NCBI GenBank assembly: GCA_964016885.1
Contig: OZ024741.1
Coordinates: 406,906,001 to 406,970,000, forward strand
Direction: 5' to 3'
Origin: Eledone cirrhosa
Taxonomy: Eukaryota
DNA: 64,000 nucleotides
Shown: positions 28,201 through 39,284 of the stretch, one piece after another
How positions within the stretch are numbered: position 1 is the first letter of the stretch
Layout: the number at the start of each line of letters is the position of its first letter
Position numbers and translations under genes: made by a program
The notes under the pieces: model-generated
Database searches by the model: none
Seen by the model: the letters and a program-made list of their open reading frames with translations, nothing else
What the model was told of the DNA's origin: nothing

Positions 28201-30447
28201 AGTAATGTAGGACTAAGTCTATCTATATGTAATGTATATCTACAGTAATGTAGGACTAAGTCTATCTATCAATATGTAATGTATATCTACAGTAATGTAG
28301 GACTAAGTCTATCTATCTATATGTAATGTATATCTACAGTAATGTAGGACTAAGTCTATCTATATGTAATGTATATCTACAGTAATGTAGGACTAAGTCT
28401 ATCTATATGTAATGTATATCTACAGTAATGTAGGAGTAAGTCTATCTATCTATATGTAATGTATATCTACAGTAATGTAGGACTAAGTCTATCTATCTAT
28501 ATGTAATGTATATCTACAGTAATGTAGGACTAAGTCTATCTATCTATATGTAATGTATATATACAGTAATGTAGGACTAAGTCTATCTATCTATATGTAA
28601 TGTATATCTACAGTAATGTAGGACTAAGTCTATCTATATGTAATGTATATCTACAGTAATGTAGGACTAAGTCTATCTATATGTAATGTATATCTACAGT
28701 AATGTAGGACTAAGTCTATCTATCAATATGTAATGTATATCTACAGTAATGTAGGACTAAGTCTATCTATATGTAATGTATATCTACAGTAATGTAGGAC
28801 TAAGTCTATCTATCTATATGTAATGTATATCTACAGTAATGTAGGACTAAGTCTATCTATCTATATGTAATGTATATCTACAGTAACGTAGGACTAAGTC
28901 TATCTATCTATATGTAATGTATATCTACAGTAATGTAGGACTAAGTCTATCTATCTATATGTAATGTATATCTACAGTAATGTAGGAGTAAGTCTATCTA
29001 TCTATATGTAATGTATATCTACAGTAATGTAGGACTAAGTCTATCTATCTATATGTAATGTATATCTACAGTAATGTAGGACTAAGTCTATCTATATGTA
29101 ATGTATATCTACAGTAATGTAGGGCTAAGTCTATCTATCTATATGTAATGTATATATACAGTAATGTAGGACTAAGTCTATCTATCTATATGTAATGTAT
29201 ATCTACAGTAATGTAGGACTAAGTCTATCTATCTATATGTAATGTATATCTACAGTAATGTAGGACTAAGTCTATCTATATGTAATGTATATCTACAGTA
29301 ATGTAGGACTAAGTCTATCTATCTATATGTAATGTATATCTACAGTAATGTAGGACTAAGTCTATCTATCTATATGTAATGTATATCTACAGTAATGTAG
29401 GACTAAGTCTATCTATCTATATGTAATGTATATCTACAGTAATGTAGGACTAAGTCTATCTATCTATATGTAATGTATATCTACAGTAATGTAGGGCTAA
29501 GTCTATCTATCTATATGTAATGTATATATACAGTAATGTAGGACTAAGTCTATCTATCTATATGTAATGTATATCTACAGTAATGTAGGACTAAGTCTAT
29601 CTATCTATATGTAATGTATATCTACAGTAATGTAGGACTAAGTCTATCTATCTATATGTAATGTATATCTACAGTAATGTAGGACTAAGTCTATCTATCT
29701 ATATGTAATGTATATCTACAGTAATGTAGGGCTAAGTCTATCTATCTATATGTAATGTATATATACAGTAATGTAGGACTAAGTCTATCTATCTATATGT
29801 AATGTATATCTACAGTAATGTAGGACTAAGTCTATCTATCTATATGTAATGTATATCTACAGTAATGTAGGACTAAGTCTATCTATCTATATGTAATGTA
29901 TATCTACAGTAATGTAGGACTAAGTCTATCTATCTATATGTAATGTATATCTACAGTAATGTAGGACTAAGTCTATCTATCTATATGTAATGTATATCTA
30001 CAGTAATGTAGGAGTAAGTCTATCTATCTATATGTAATGTATATCTACAGTAATGTAGGGCTAAGTCTATCTATCTATATGTAATGTATATCTACAGTAA
30101 TGTAGGACTAAGTCTATCTATATGTAATGTATATCTACAGTAATGTAGGACTAAGTCTATCTACCTATATGTAATGTATATCTACAGTAATGTAGGACTA
30201 AGTCTATCTATATGTAATGTATATCTACAGTAATGTAGGACTAAGTCTATCTATCTATATGTAATGTATATCTACAGTAATATAGGACTAAGTCTATCTA
30301 TCAATATGTAATGTATATCTACAGTAATGTAGGACTAAGTCTATCTATCTATATGTAATGTATATCTACAGTAATGTAGGACTAAGTCTATCTATCTATA
30401 TGTAATGTATATCTACAGTAATGTAGGACTAAGTCTATCTATCTACT

Positions 30448-30783
30448 GTGTACAACAACAATCTAATAAAAACACAAGGGCCTAACTTCACCCAGGCAGG
30501 GGATTTCCCCCACCTCAAAATGATTAAGGCCCCACAGGACACCTATAAAACTTTAAAAAACAATTTTAAAGAGGACGTGGGTCCCCCCTGCGTCGGGCCC
30601 ATTAACCGCGTCCTCCTAAAAAACTATCCCACCCCCTCCCCAAACACCCACACAACTCCAAGCTCCCCAACCACACAACACACTGATGCCCCCACACTTC
30701 CACAAACCACCACCCCACCCAACAACCCATCCCCCACCCTAATGGAAATTGTGCAGCCCGATACCCGGGACGCAGAGAGGTAA
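30448..30783 (+). pseudogene. C-terminal 111 codons of Tx1-like ORF1 (truncated)
   Basis: Matches the end of ORF1 in copies 3 and 4, with one Q/H difference seen. Confidence 0.9.
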
Positions 30784-30807
30784 GTGCCTTTTCTCTTCAC
30801 CACCAAC

Positions 30808-33800
30808 ATGGCTATGCTAAGAGTAGGCTGTTTAAACGCGCGTGGCCTGGGCTCAACTTGGAAGCAAGCAATGCTTCTAAATGACCTCAGGTCACAACGT
30901 ATAGATGTGATGGTTATTTGCGAGGCCCGGATCAGCAACGTGCGACAGCTGGCCCCCACCTTTGATGACTTTGAGATGCACGCATCTCTCTGTCAGCCCG
31001 GAGGTGGGGGTGGAGTTGTCGTTCTGCTGCAAAAACATCTGGGTCTCGCAACACAGATGGTACATTTGGACCCGGAGGGTCGACTAGTGGTTCTGGACCT
31101 TGGCAGTGGTAAAGGCGGAGCGTTTAGGTTGGTAGCCGCCTACGGCCCTTTCGGGTCAATGCGGCCGGACTTCTTCCATCGTCTGGAGACTTTTCTAGGG
31201 ACGTCCCGCTCCTTGCTATTAGTGGGGGACTGGAATGGTATCCTAGATGCACGCTGGGACTACGTAGGGGCCTGCCCCGATAGAGAGGGGTGTAATAGCC
31301 TCAAAGGGTTAATCGGTCGATTTGACCTGGCCGATAGATATCGACTAGATTTTCCGACTGCGCCAACCTGGACTTGGGCAAATCGTAGCGGATCATCTAG
31401 GTCGTACCTAGATAGGTTCTTAGTTAGAATTAAGGATAAGGACTTTTTAAGTTGTCCAAAAATGCGCATTGTTGGCTATTCAGACCACAAATTAGTGACC
31501 TGCATGGTCAACCTTGACAGAACTCATAGACAGGGCCCCGGTTACTGGAAGCTCAACTTGTCCTTGCCGGCAAGTAGAGCCTACAGGAATCGGATTAGTA
31601 CGTTAGTTAAGGAACGGTTGACTGGAGCGATCGTCAACAGCAGGTGGTGGGTATCTCTAAAGAGAGAGATTAGAGTAGTCTCGATAGAATTTAGTAAGGT
31701 TCTAGCTGCGGATAGGAATAGGAAGGAAAGGGAGCTAATAGATAGAGTAGAAGAGGCAATTAGAAGCGGCGACGTGGCCAGAGTGCTAGCGTCGAGAACG
31801 GCTTTGAGCCAGTTTTTCGACGCGAAGCACGAAGGCTGCGTTGTCCGAAGTAAAATACGTGCTCTAGGGAACGAGGGGACCAAAGCTGTTAGCTGGGCCC
31901 GCGTGACAGAGGCCAACAGTGGAACTAAATCCACCATCCGGTCTTTGCGAGACCTGGATGGACGGGCGATTCTTGAGCCTAAGCAGATGTGTGAGGCCTT
32001 TCAAAGGCACTTTGCCCGACTGTTCGGGAGGGGCGGGGAGCCGGTTGGGAACGTGGACTTCGGTCCATACCTCGACGGCCTGCCGCGCCTCTCGGACAGG
32101 GAGGCGAAGTCCTGCGAAGAGCCGATTTCGGCCGCTGAGATAGAGGACGTGCTGAGCCAATGCGGCAAACGCAAATCCCCGGGTCTCGATGGTTTTCCTT
32201 ACGAATTATATCTAGCTATGCCGGACTTGTTCCCCGATCTCCTCGAGGCGGTCTACTGCAACTGGCAACAGAACGGGAGAATTCCCTGTACTGTGACCAA
32301 GGGCGTAGTCACGCTAGTGAGGAAGGACGAGAACAAGGGGGACGAAATAAGTAACTTCAGGCCCATAACACTGCTAAATACAGAGTTACAGATGTTGGCC
32401 AAGGTGCTAGCAAAGAGGTTGGCGCTTGTCGTGGGCAACCTGGTGGGAGATGCGCAGACATGCGCTATCCCGTCCAGGTCCATCCATGACAACCTCCACC
32501 TCATGCGATACATCATAGAGAGGGTTGGGAACGAACCCGGCTTTGGTGGGGCTCTGATCAACTTGGATCAATCTAAGGCGTTCGATAGGGTCGACCATGG
32601 TTACCTGGATGCGGTGCTAGCGGCGGCAGGCTTCGGACCCGTTTTCAGGGGCTGGATCACTGCTATGCACAGCAGCCGCATCTGCTCTAGGGTCAAGGTG
32701 AACGGCTACCTCTCGGAGCCGTTCAAAATCGCGCGGTCCATCCGACAAGGGTGCCCTCTCTCCTCCCTTCTGTATGTGTTGACTCTCGAGCCACTACTGC
32801 GGAAGTTGGAGTTGTTGCAGGGCATCCCTTTGGAACCGGGATTGCGGAAAGCGGTGTCGGCCTACGCCGATGACGTGACAGTAATGGTGTCGACGGCCTC
32901 CGAAATCGAGGCGGTCGGCACCTTACTGGAGGAGTACGAAAAGTTCACAGGGGCTAAGCTGAACCGGGACAAGTCGATCGGTTTGCAACTCGGCACGTGG
33001 AGGGGCAGACCGATGCCCTCCGATAGCGTCGTCGGACGCTGGACGGAGGGCCCGGTGAAGTTGCTCGGGGTCTGGTTCGGACCGGACCTCCAGGTGGAGA
33101 AAAACTGGGCGGAGGTTACGAACAGGGTGTTTGCACTGACCCAGAAGTGGGCCAGTTGCAAACTATCCCTGAAAGGCCGGGCGGAGGTGGCGAACACCTA
33201 CATAGCGTCCGTCATCTACTACCGCCTGACCGTAGTGCCCTGCCCAAGGGAAACCCTCACCAAGATGGAGCGCGCGCTCTTCCAATTCCTTTGGAAGAGG
33301 CGGGCTCCTATGGTGAGGAGATCCATCTGCTGTCAACACCCTTCGAAAGGAGGGCTGGGGATGCCGTGGCTAATGATGCGTAAACACGCATTAAGGCTAC
33401 GGCACCTCTACGTATTCCTCACCGGACAACCGGTGTGGGCCTCGTTTGTGAGACGAACCTTTCCCAGACTCGTCTCACTCACCGAGCTGCAATCCTGGGT
33501 CAAGCAAAGACCGAGAAAACTGGGCGCCTGGCACACTGAGTGTGCCCAGGCGCTCACCGCCCTCTGGCAGGCGGATCCGGTTATCAGTGGAGACTCCACC
33601 GCAACATTCTATAGAGGGCTAGTACGCAGCAGGTGCGACGACGCCCTCGGAGAAGCCCTAGACATGGAGGAGGACGAACTGGCCAGCCTGTTCGGTAGGA
33701 CATTCAGCCCGGGACCTATGGACAACTTCCAGAAGTCCCTGGCCTGGCAGTGCTACCGAGGGGCTTTACCCGTTCGAGAAAGGCTCTACAGACACGGGCG

Positions 33801-34245
33801 CCCGGGTAGGGACCCCGCCAAAAAGATCTGTCCCAGATGCGTGTGCGACGAGGAAACCGTTGCACACGCATTAGTACACTGCTCGGGCGTAGCCGATCTG
33901 TGGGGCTATGTCGAACAACTGCTGTCAAGGGTGGGACCGATCCGGTTGACCACCGAGTCTATTGTAATGATCAAGCCGCCTCCCCCCTTCAAAGATGAAG
34001 CAGAGGCGGTGTTTCTGTGCGTAATAGCCATGGCGAAAGAGGTTGTATGGTGGACGCGTCTGAAAGGACTGAGGTCGGGCACCTTTCTCTCTGGCCAACA
34101 ACTGGTCCGTTTCTTCCGATATCATTTCGGAAGAAGGATCAGGATGGAGAGAGAGGTGCTGCACCCCAGCCGTTTCTATGAAAGATGGGTGAAAGTGGCG
34201 AGAATGGCCCGTGTGAATGGGCCTTCACTCTACATCAGACTATAG
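30808..34245 (+). CDS. ORF2: APE endonuclease, reverse transcriptase and C-terminal Cys/His zinc finger
   Basis: APE motifs CLNARGL, GDWN, YLDRFL, SDH. Linker GPGYWKLN. RT motifs KSPGLDG, FRPITLLN, LDQSKAFDRVDH, IRQGCPLS, YADD. Finger CPRC...ETVAHALVHC. The first ATG, in strong context ACCAACATGG, is 24 nt after the ORF1 stop. Confidence 0.95.
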   Translation: MAMLRVGCLNARGLGSTWKQAMLLNDLRSQRIDVMVICEARISNVRQLAPTFDDFEMHASLCQPGGGGGVVVLLQKHLGLATQMVHLDPEGRLVVLDLGSGKGGAFRLVAAYGPFGSMRPDFFHRLETFLGTSRSLLLVGDWNGILDARWDYVGACPDREGCNSLKGLIGRFDLADRYRLDFPTAPTWTWANRSGSSRSYLDRFLVRIKDKDFLSCPKMRIVGYSDHKLVTCMVNLDRTHRQGPGYWKLNLSLPASRAYRNRISTLVKERLTGAIVNSRWWVSLKREIRVVSIEFSKVLAADRNRKERELIDRVEEAIRSGDVARVLASRTALSQFFDAKHEGCVVRSKIRALGNEGTKAVSWARVTEANSGTKSTIRSLRDLDGRAILEPKQMCEAFQRHFARLFGRGGEPVGNVDFGPYLDGLPRLSDREAKSCEEPISAAEIEDVLSQCGKRKSPGLDGFPYELYLAMPDLFPDLLEAVYCNWQQNGRIPCTVTKGVVTLVRKDENKGDEISNFRPITLLNTELQMLAKVLAKRLALVVGNLVGDAQTCAIPSRSIHDNLHLMRYIIERVGNEPGFGGALINLDQSKAFDRVDHGYLDAVLAAAGFGPVFRGWITAMHSSRICSRVKVNGYLSEPFKIARSIRQGCPLSSLLYVLTLEPLLRKLELLQGIPLEPGLRKAVSAYADDVTVMVSTASEIEAVGTLLEEYEKFTGAKLNRDKSIGLQLGTWRGRPMPSDSVVGRWTEGPVKLLGVWFGPDLQVEKNWAEVTNRVFALTQKWASCKLSLKGRAEVANTYIASVIYYRLTVVPCPRETLTKMERALFQFLWKRRAPMVRRSICCQHPSKGGLGMPWLMMRKHALRLRHLYVFLTGQPVWASFVRRTFPRLVSLTELQSWVKQRPRKLGAWHTECAQALTALWQADPVISGDSTATFYRGLVRSRCDDALGEALDMEEDELASLFGRTFSPGPMDNFQKSLAWQCYRGALPVRERLYRHGRPGRDPAKKICPRCVCDEETVAHALVHCSGVADLWGYVEQLLSRVGPIRLTTESIVMIKPPPPFKDEAEAVFLCVIAMAKEVVWWTRLKGLRSGTFLSGQQLVRFFRYHFGRRIRMEREVLHPSRFYERWVKVARMARVNGPSLYIRL

Positions 34246-35440
34246 GTGAGGAAGATGAAAGACCAAGGGAGCACCCCTTCTCTGTGCTCCTGAGGAGAAG
34301 GGTTGCACACTTTTTTCGGGGGTGTGTGCGACCCCCCAAGGCGCCTCCTCTCTATTGAGGATTTTGTTAAAAATTTTATTTTTTGTTATATCTTATTTTA
34401 TTTTTATATTTTGTTATTGCCTCCTCCTTATTGAGGACGCCTTTTTGTGTAAACTCCCCCCTTTGTACTTGTCCCACTTTTGATGCCCTAGTGGCAAATA
34501 AAAGAAATATATCTATATGTAATGTATATCTACAGTAATGTAGGACTAAGTCTATCTATATGTAATGTATATCTACAGTAATGTAGGACTAAGTCTATCT
34601 ATATGTAATGTATATCTACAGTAATGTAGGACTAAGTCTATCTACCTATATGTAATGTATATCTACAGTAATGTAGGACTAAGTCTATCTATATGTAATG
34701 TATATCTACAGTAATGTAGGACTAAGTCTATCTATCTATATGTAATGTATATCTACAGTAATATAGGACTAAGTCTATCTATCAATATGTAATGTATATC
34801 TACAGTAATGTAGGACTAAGTCTATCTATCTATATGTAATGTATATCTACAGTAATGTAGGACTAAGTCTATCTATCTATATGTAATGTATATCTACAGT
34901 AATGTAGGACTAAGTCTATCTATCTATATGTAATGTATATCTACAGTAATGTAGGACTAAGTCTATCTATCTATATGTAATGTATATCTACAGTAATGTA
35001 GGAGTAAGTCTATCTATCTATATGTAATGTATATCTACAGTAATGTAGGAGTAAGTCTATCTATCTATATGTAATGTATATCTACAGTAATGTAGAACTA
35101 AGTCTATCTATCTATATGTAATGTATATCTACAGTAATGTAGGAGTAAGTCTATCTATCTATATGTAATGTATATCTACAGTAATGTAGGACTAAGTCTA
35201 TCTATCTATATGTAATGTATATCTACAGTAATGTAGGACTAAGTCTATCTATCAATATGTAATGTATATCTACAGTAATGTAGGACTAAGTCTATCTATC
35301 TATATGTAATGTATATCTACAGTAATGTAGGAGTAAGTCTATCTATCAATATGTAATGTATATCTACAGTAATGTAGGACTAAGTCTATCTATATGTAAT
35401 GTATATCTACAGTAATGTAGGGCTAAGTCTATCTATCTAT

Positions 35441-35711
35441 ACTATAGGTGAGGAAGATAAAAGACCAAGGGAGCACCCCTTCTCTGTGCTCCTGAGGAGA
35501 AGGGTTGCACACTTTTTTCGGGGGTGTGTGCGACCCCCCAAGGCGCCTCCTCTCTATTGAGGATTTTGTTAAAAATTTTATTTTTTGTTATATCTTATTT
35601 TATTTTTATATTTTGTTATTGCCTTCTCCTTATTGAGGACGCCTTTTTGTGTAAACTCCCCCCTTTGTACTTGTCCCACTTTTGATGCCCTAGTGGCAAA
35701 TAAAAGAAATA
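35441..35711 (+). mobile_element. Tx1-like copy 2, 3'-UTR-only (about 270 bp)
   Basis: ACTATAGGTGAGG...AATAAAAGAAATA matches the ORF2 stop and 3' UTR of the other copies. It is inserted after AAGTCTATCTATCTA(T). Confidence 0.95.
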
Positions 35712-38102
35712 TATCTATATGTAATGTATATCTACAGTAATGTAGGACTAAGTCTATCTATCTATATGTAATGTATATCTACAGTAATGTAGGACTAAGT
35801 CTATCTATCTATATGTAATGTATATCTACAGTAATGTAGGACTATGTCTATCTATCTATATGTAATGTATATCTACAGTAATGTAGGACTAAGTCTATCT
35901 ATATGTAATGTATATCTACAGTAATGTAGGACTAAGTCTATCTATCTATATGTAATGTATATCTACAGTAATGTAGGACTAAGTCTATCTACCTATATGT
36001 AATGTATAACTACAGTAATGTAGGACTACGTCTATCTATCTATATGTAATGTATATCTACAGTAATGTAGGACTAAGTCTATCTATATGTAATGTATATC
36101 TACAGTAATGTAGGACTAAGTCTATCTATCTATATGTAATGTATATCTACAGTAATGTAGGAGTAAGTCTATCTATCAATATGTAATGTATATCTACAGT
36201 AATGTAGGACTAAGTCTATCTATATGTAATGTATATCTACAGTAATGTAGGGCTAAGTCTATCTATCTATATGTAATGTATATCTACAGTAATGTAGGGC
36301 TAAGTCTATCTATCTATATGTAATGTATATCTACAGTAATGTAGGGCTAAGTCTATCTATCTATATGTAATGTATATCTACAGTAATGTAGGAGTAAGTC
36401 TATCTACCTATATGTAATGTATATCTACAGTAATGTAGGACTAAGTCTATCTATATGTAATGTATATCTACAGTAATGTAGGACTACGTCTATCTATCTA
36501 TATGTAATGTATATCTACAGTAATGTAGGACTAAGTCTATCTATCTATATGTAATGTATATCTACAGTAATATAGGACTAAGTCTATCTATCAATATGTA
36601 ATGTATAACTACAGTAATGTAGGACTAAGTCTATCTATCTATATGTAATGTATATCTACAGTAATGTAGGACTAAGTCTATCTATATGTAATGTATATCT
36701 ACAGTAATGTAGGACTAAGTCTATCTATCTATATGTAATGTATATCTACAGTAATGTAGGACTAAGTCTATCTATCTATATGTAATGTATATCTACAGTA
36801 ATGTAGGACTAAGTCTATCTATCTATATGTAATGTATATCTACAGTAATGTAGGACTAAGTCTATCTATATGTAATGTATATCTACAGTAATGTAGGAGT
36901 AAGTCTATCTATCTACATGTAATGTATATCTACAGTAATGTAGGACTAAGTCTATCTATCTATATGTAATGTATATCTACAGTAATGTAGGAGTAAGTCT
37001 ATCTATCTATATGTAATGTATATATACAGTAATGTAGGACTAAGTCTATCTATCTATATGTAATGTATATCTACAGTAATGTAGGACTAAGTCTATCTAT
37101 ATGTAATGTATATCTACAGTAATGTAGGACTAAGTCTATCTATATGTAATGTATAACTACAGTAATGTAGGACTAAGTCTATCTATCAATATGTAATGTA
37201 TATCTACAGTAATGTAGGACTAAGTCTATCTATCTATATGTAATGTATAACTACAGTAATGTAGGACTAAGTCTATCTATCTATATGTAATGTATATCTA
37301 CAGTAATGTAGGACTAAGTCTATCTATCTATATGTAATGTATATCTACAGTAATGTAGGACTAAGTCTATCTATCTATATGTAATGTATATCTACAGTAA
37401 TGTAGGACTAAGTCTATCTATCTATATGTAATGTATATCTACAGTAATGTAGGACTAAGTCTATCTATCTATATGTAATGTATATCTACAGTAATGTAGG
37501 ACTAAGTCTATCTATCAATATGTAATGTATATCTACAGTAATGTAGGACTAAGTCTATCTATCAATATGTAATGTATATCTACAGTAATGTAGGACTAAG
37601 TCTATCTATATGTAATGTATATCTACAGTAATGTAGGACTACGTCTATCTATCTATATGTAATGTATATCTACAGTAATGTAGGACTAAGTCTATCTATC
37701 TATATGTAATGTATATCTACAGTAATGTAGGACTAAGTCTATCTATCTATATGTAATGTATATCTACAGTAATGTAGGACTAAGTCTATCTATATGTAAT
37801 GTATATCTACAGTAATGTAGGACTAAGTCTATCTATATGTAATGTATATCTACAGTAATGTAGGACTAAGTCTATCTATCTATATGTAATGTATATCTAC
37901 AGTAATGTAGGAGTAAGTCTATCTATCTATATGTAATGTATAACTACAGTAATGTAGGAGTAAGTCTATCTATCTATATGTAATGTATATCTACAGTAAT
38001 GTAGGACTAAGTCTATCTATCTATATGTAATGTATATCTACAGTAATGTAGGACTAAGTCTATCTATCTAAGGATAGACTCTACGGGAGTCTATCCATTC
38101 TC

Positions 38103-39260
38103 ATGAAGGACAGGGACACAGCAGTGAAACTGTCCATCAAACCAATCACATCCACCGCATACACCTTCTACCCTACGTACATGGGTAGAAGAACACAAAA
38201 AATAAAAATCCACACCATCCTGCCGATTATGGACATATGGTGGGTTTTGACAGGTTTTCTGGACCTGGAGGATGACATGCTGGTGTCCATGGGAAAGGCA
38301 TCGGGTGACGCGTTCAGTGGAACGAGCCTCGAACTTGTAGTTCAAATGAGGCCCGAAAGGATCGCCCAGATCCCTGAACGCGTCATACTGGATGATCTAA
38401 CCTTCATCAACATTACCGTTGAGGGTAGACGGCCCTCGTGTTACCTCTGCGGAACCAGAGGTCACCTGAGGGCTGTCTGTCCCCAACTTAATAAGAAAAC
38501 CCCAATCCTGCCTACACCACCAACAACTGCACAACAAACACAATCACCACAACTACCACTACAAAAACAACCACCACAGCTCAAACCAAAACAAAACAAT
38601 GTCCAACCCATCCCCTCCACTCAAAAAACAAAAACAATTTCCAAAACACCCGTACCGCAAACACAACCCGAAAATATACCCCTCCCCTCCAACGCGGAAG
38701 ATGACCCTAGTTCGTCGTCAGACGAGGAGGAGCACTTCCACACAATCAAAAGAAAAAAAAGAAAACACACCTCAGACACACAAATGAAAAAAACCCCTCC
38801 CCAAAACATAACACTGACACCAACACAAAAGAGCTCACAACAACAGCAAACAAAAAACACCACACAAAAACAAAAACATGCATACACATACATAAATACA
38901 AGAAACAAAAAACTGTTAAACATTGTGTACAACAACAATCTAATAAAAACACAAGGGCCTAACTTCACCCAGGCAGGGGATTTCCCCCACCTCAAAATGA
39001 TTAAGGCCCCACAGGACACCTATAAAACTTTAAAAAACAATTTTAAAGAGGACGTGGGTCCCCCCTGCGTCGGGCCCATTAACCGCGTCCTCCTAAAAAA
39101 CTATCCCACCCCCTCCCCAAACACCCACACAACTCCAAGCTCCCCAACCACACATCACACTGATGCCCCCACACTTCCACAAACCACCACCCCACCCAAC
39201 AACCCATCCCCCACCCTAATGGAAATTGTGCAGCCCGATACCCGGGACGCAGAGAGGTAA
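38103..39260 (+). CDS. ORF1 gag-like nucleic-acid-binding protein with CCHC zinc knuckle (likely N-terminally incomplete)
   Basis: CYLCGTRGHLRAVC fits CX2CX4HX4C. It is followed by a P/T/Q-rich tract, SSSSDEEE and a basic KRKKRK patch. Confidence 0.88.
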   Translation: MKDRDTAVKLSIKPITSTAYTFYPTYMGRRTQKIKIHTILPIMDIWWVLTGFLDLEDDMLVSMGKASGDAFSGTSLELVVQMRPERIAQIPERVILDDLTFINITVEGRRPSCYLCGTRGHLRAVCPQLNKKTPILPTPPTTAQQTQSPQLPLQKQPPQLKPKQNNVQPIPSTQKTKTISKTPVPQTQPENIPLPSNAEDDPSSSSDEEEHFHTIKRKKRKHTSDTQMKKTPPQNITLTPTQKSSQQQQTKNTTQKQKHAYTYINTRNKKLLNIVYNNNLIKTQGPNFTQAGDFPHLKMIKAPQDTYKTLKNNFKEDVGPPCVGPINRVLLKNYPTPSPNTHTTPSSPTTHHTDAPTLPQTTTPPNNPSPTLMEIVQPDTRDAER

Positions 39261-39284
39261 GTGCCTTTTCTCTTCACTACCAAC

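Larger units (their letters stand above)
30446..34509 (+). mobile_element. Tx1-like (L1 superfamily) non-LTR retrotransposon, copy 1, 5'-truncated within ORF1
   Basis: Starts in ORF1 (TGTGTACAAC) right after satellite AAGTCTATCTATCTA plus one extra C. It has an intact ORF2 and a 3' UTR ending AATAAAAGAAATA. Confidence 0.95.
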
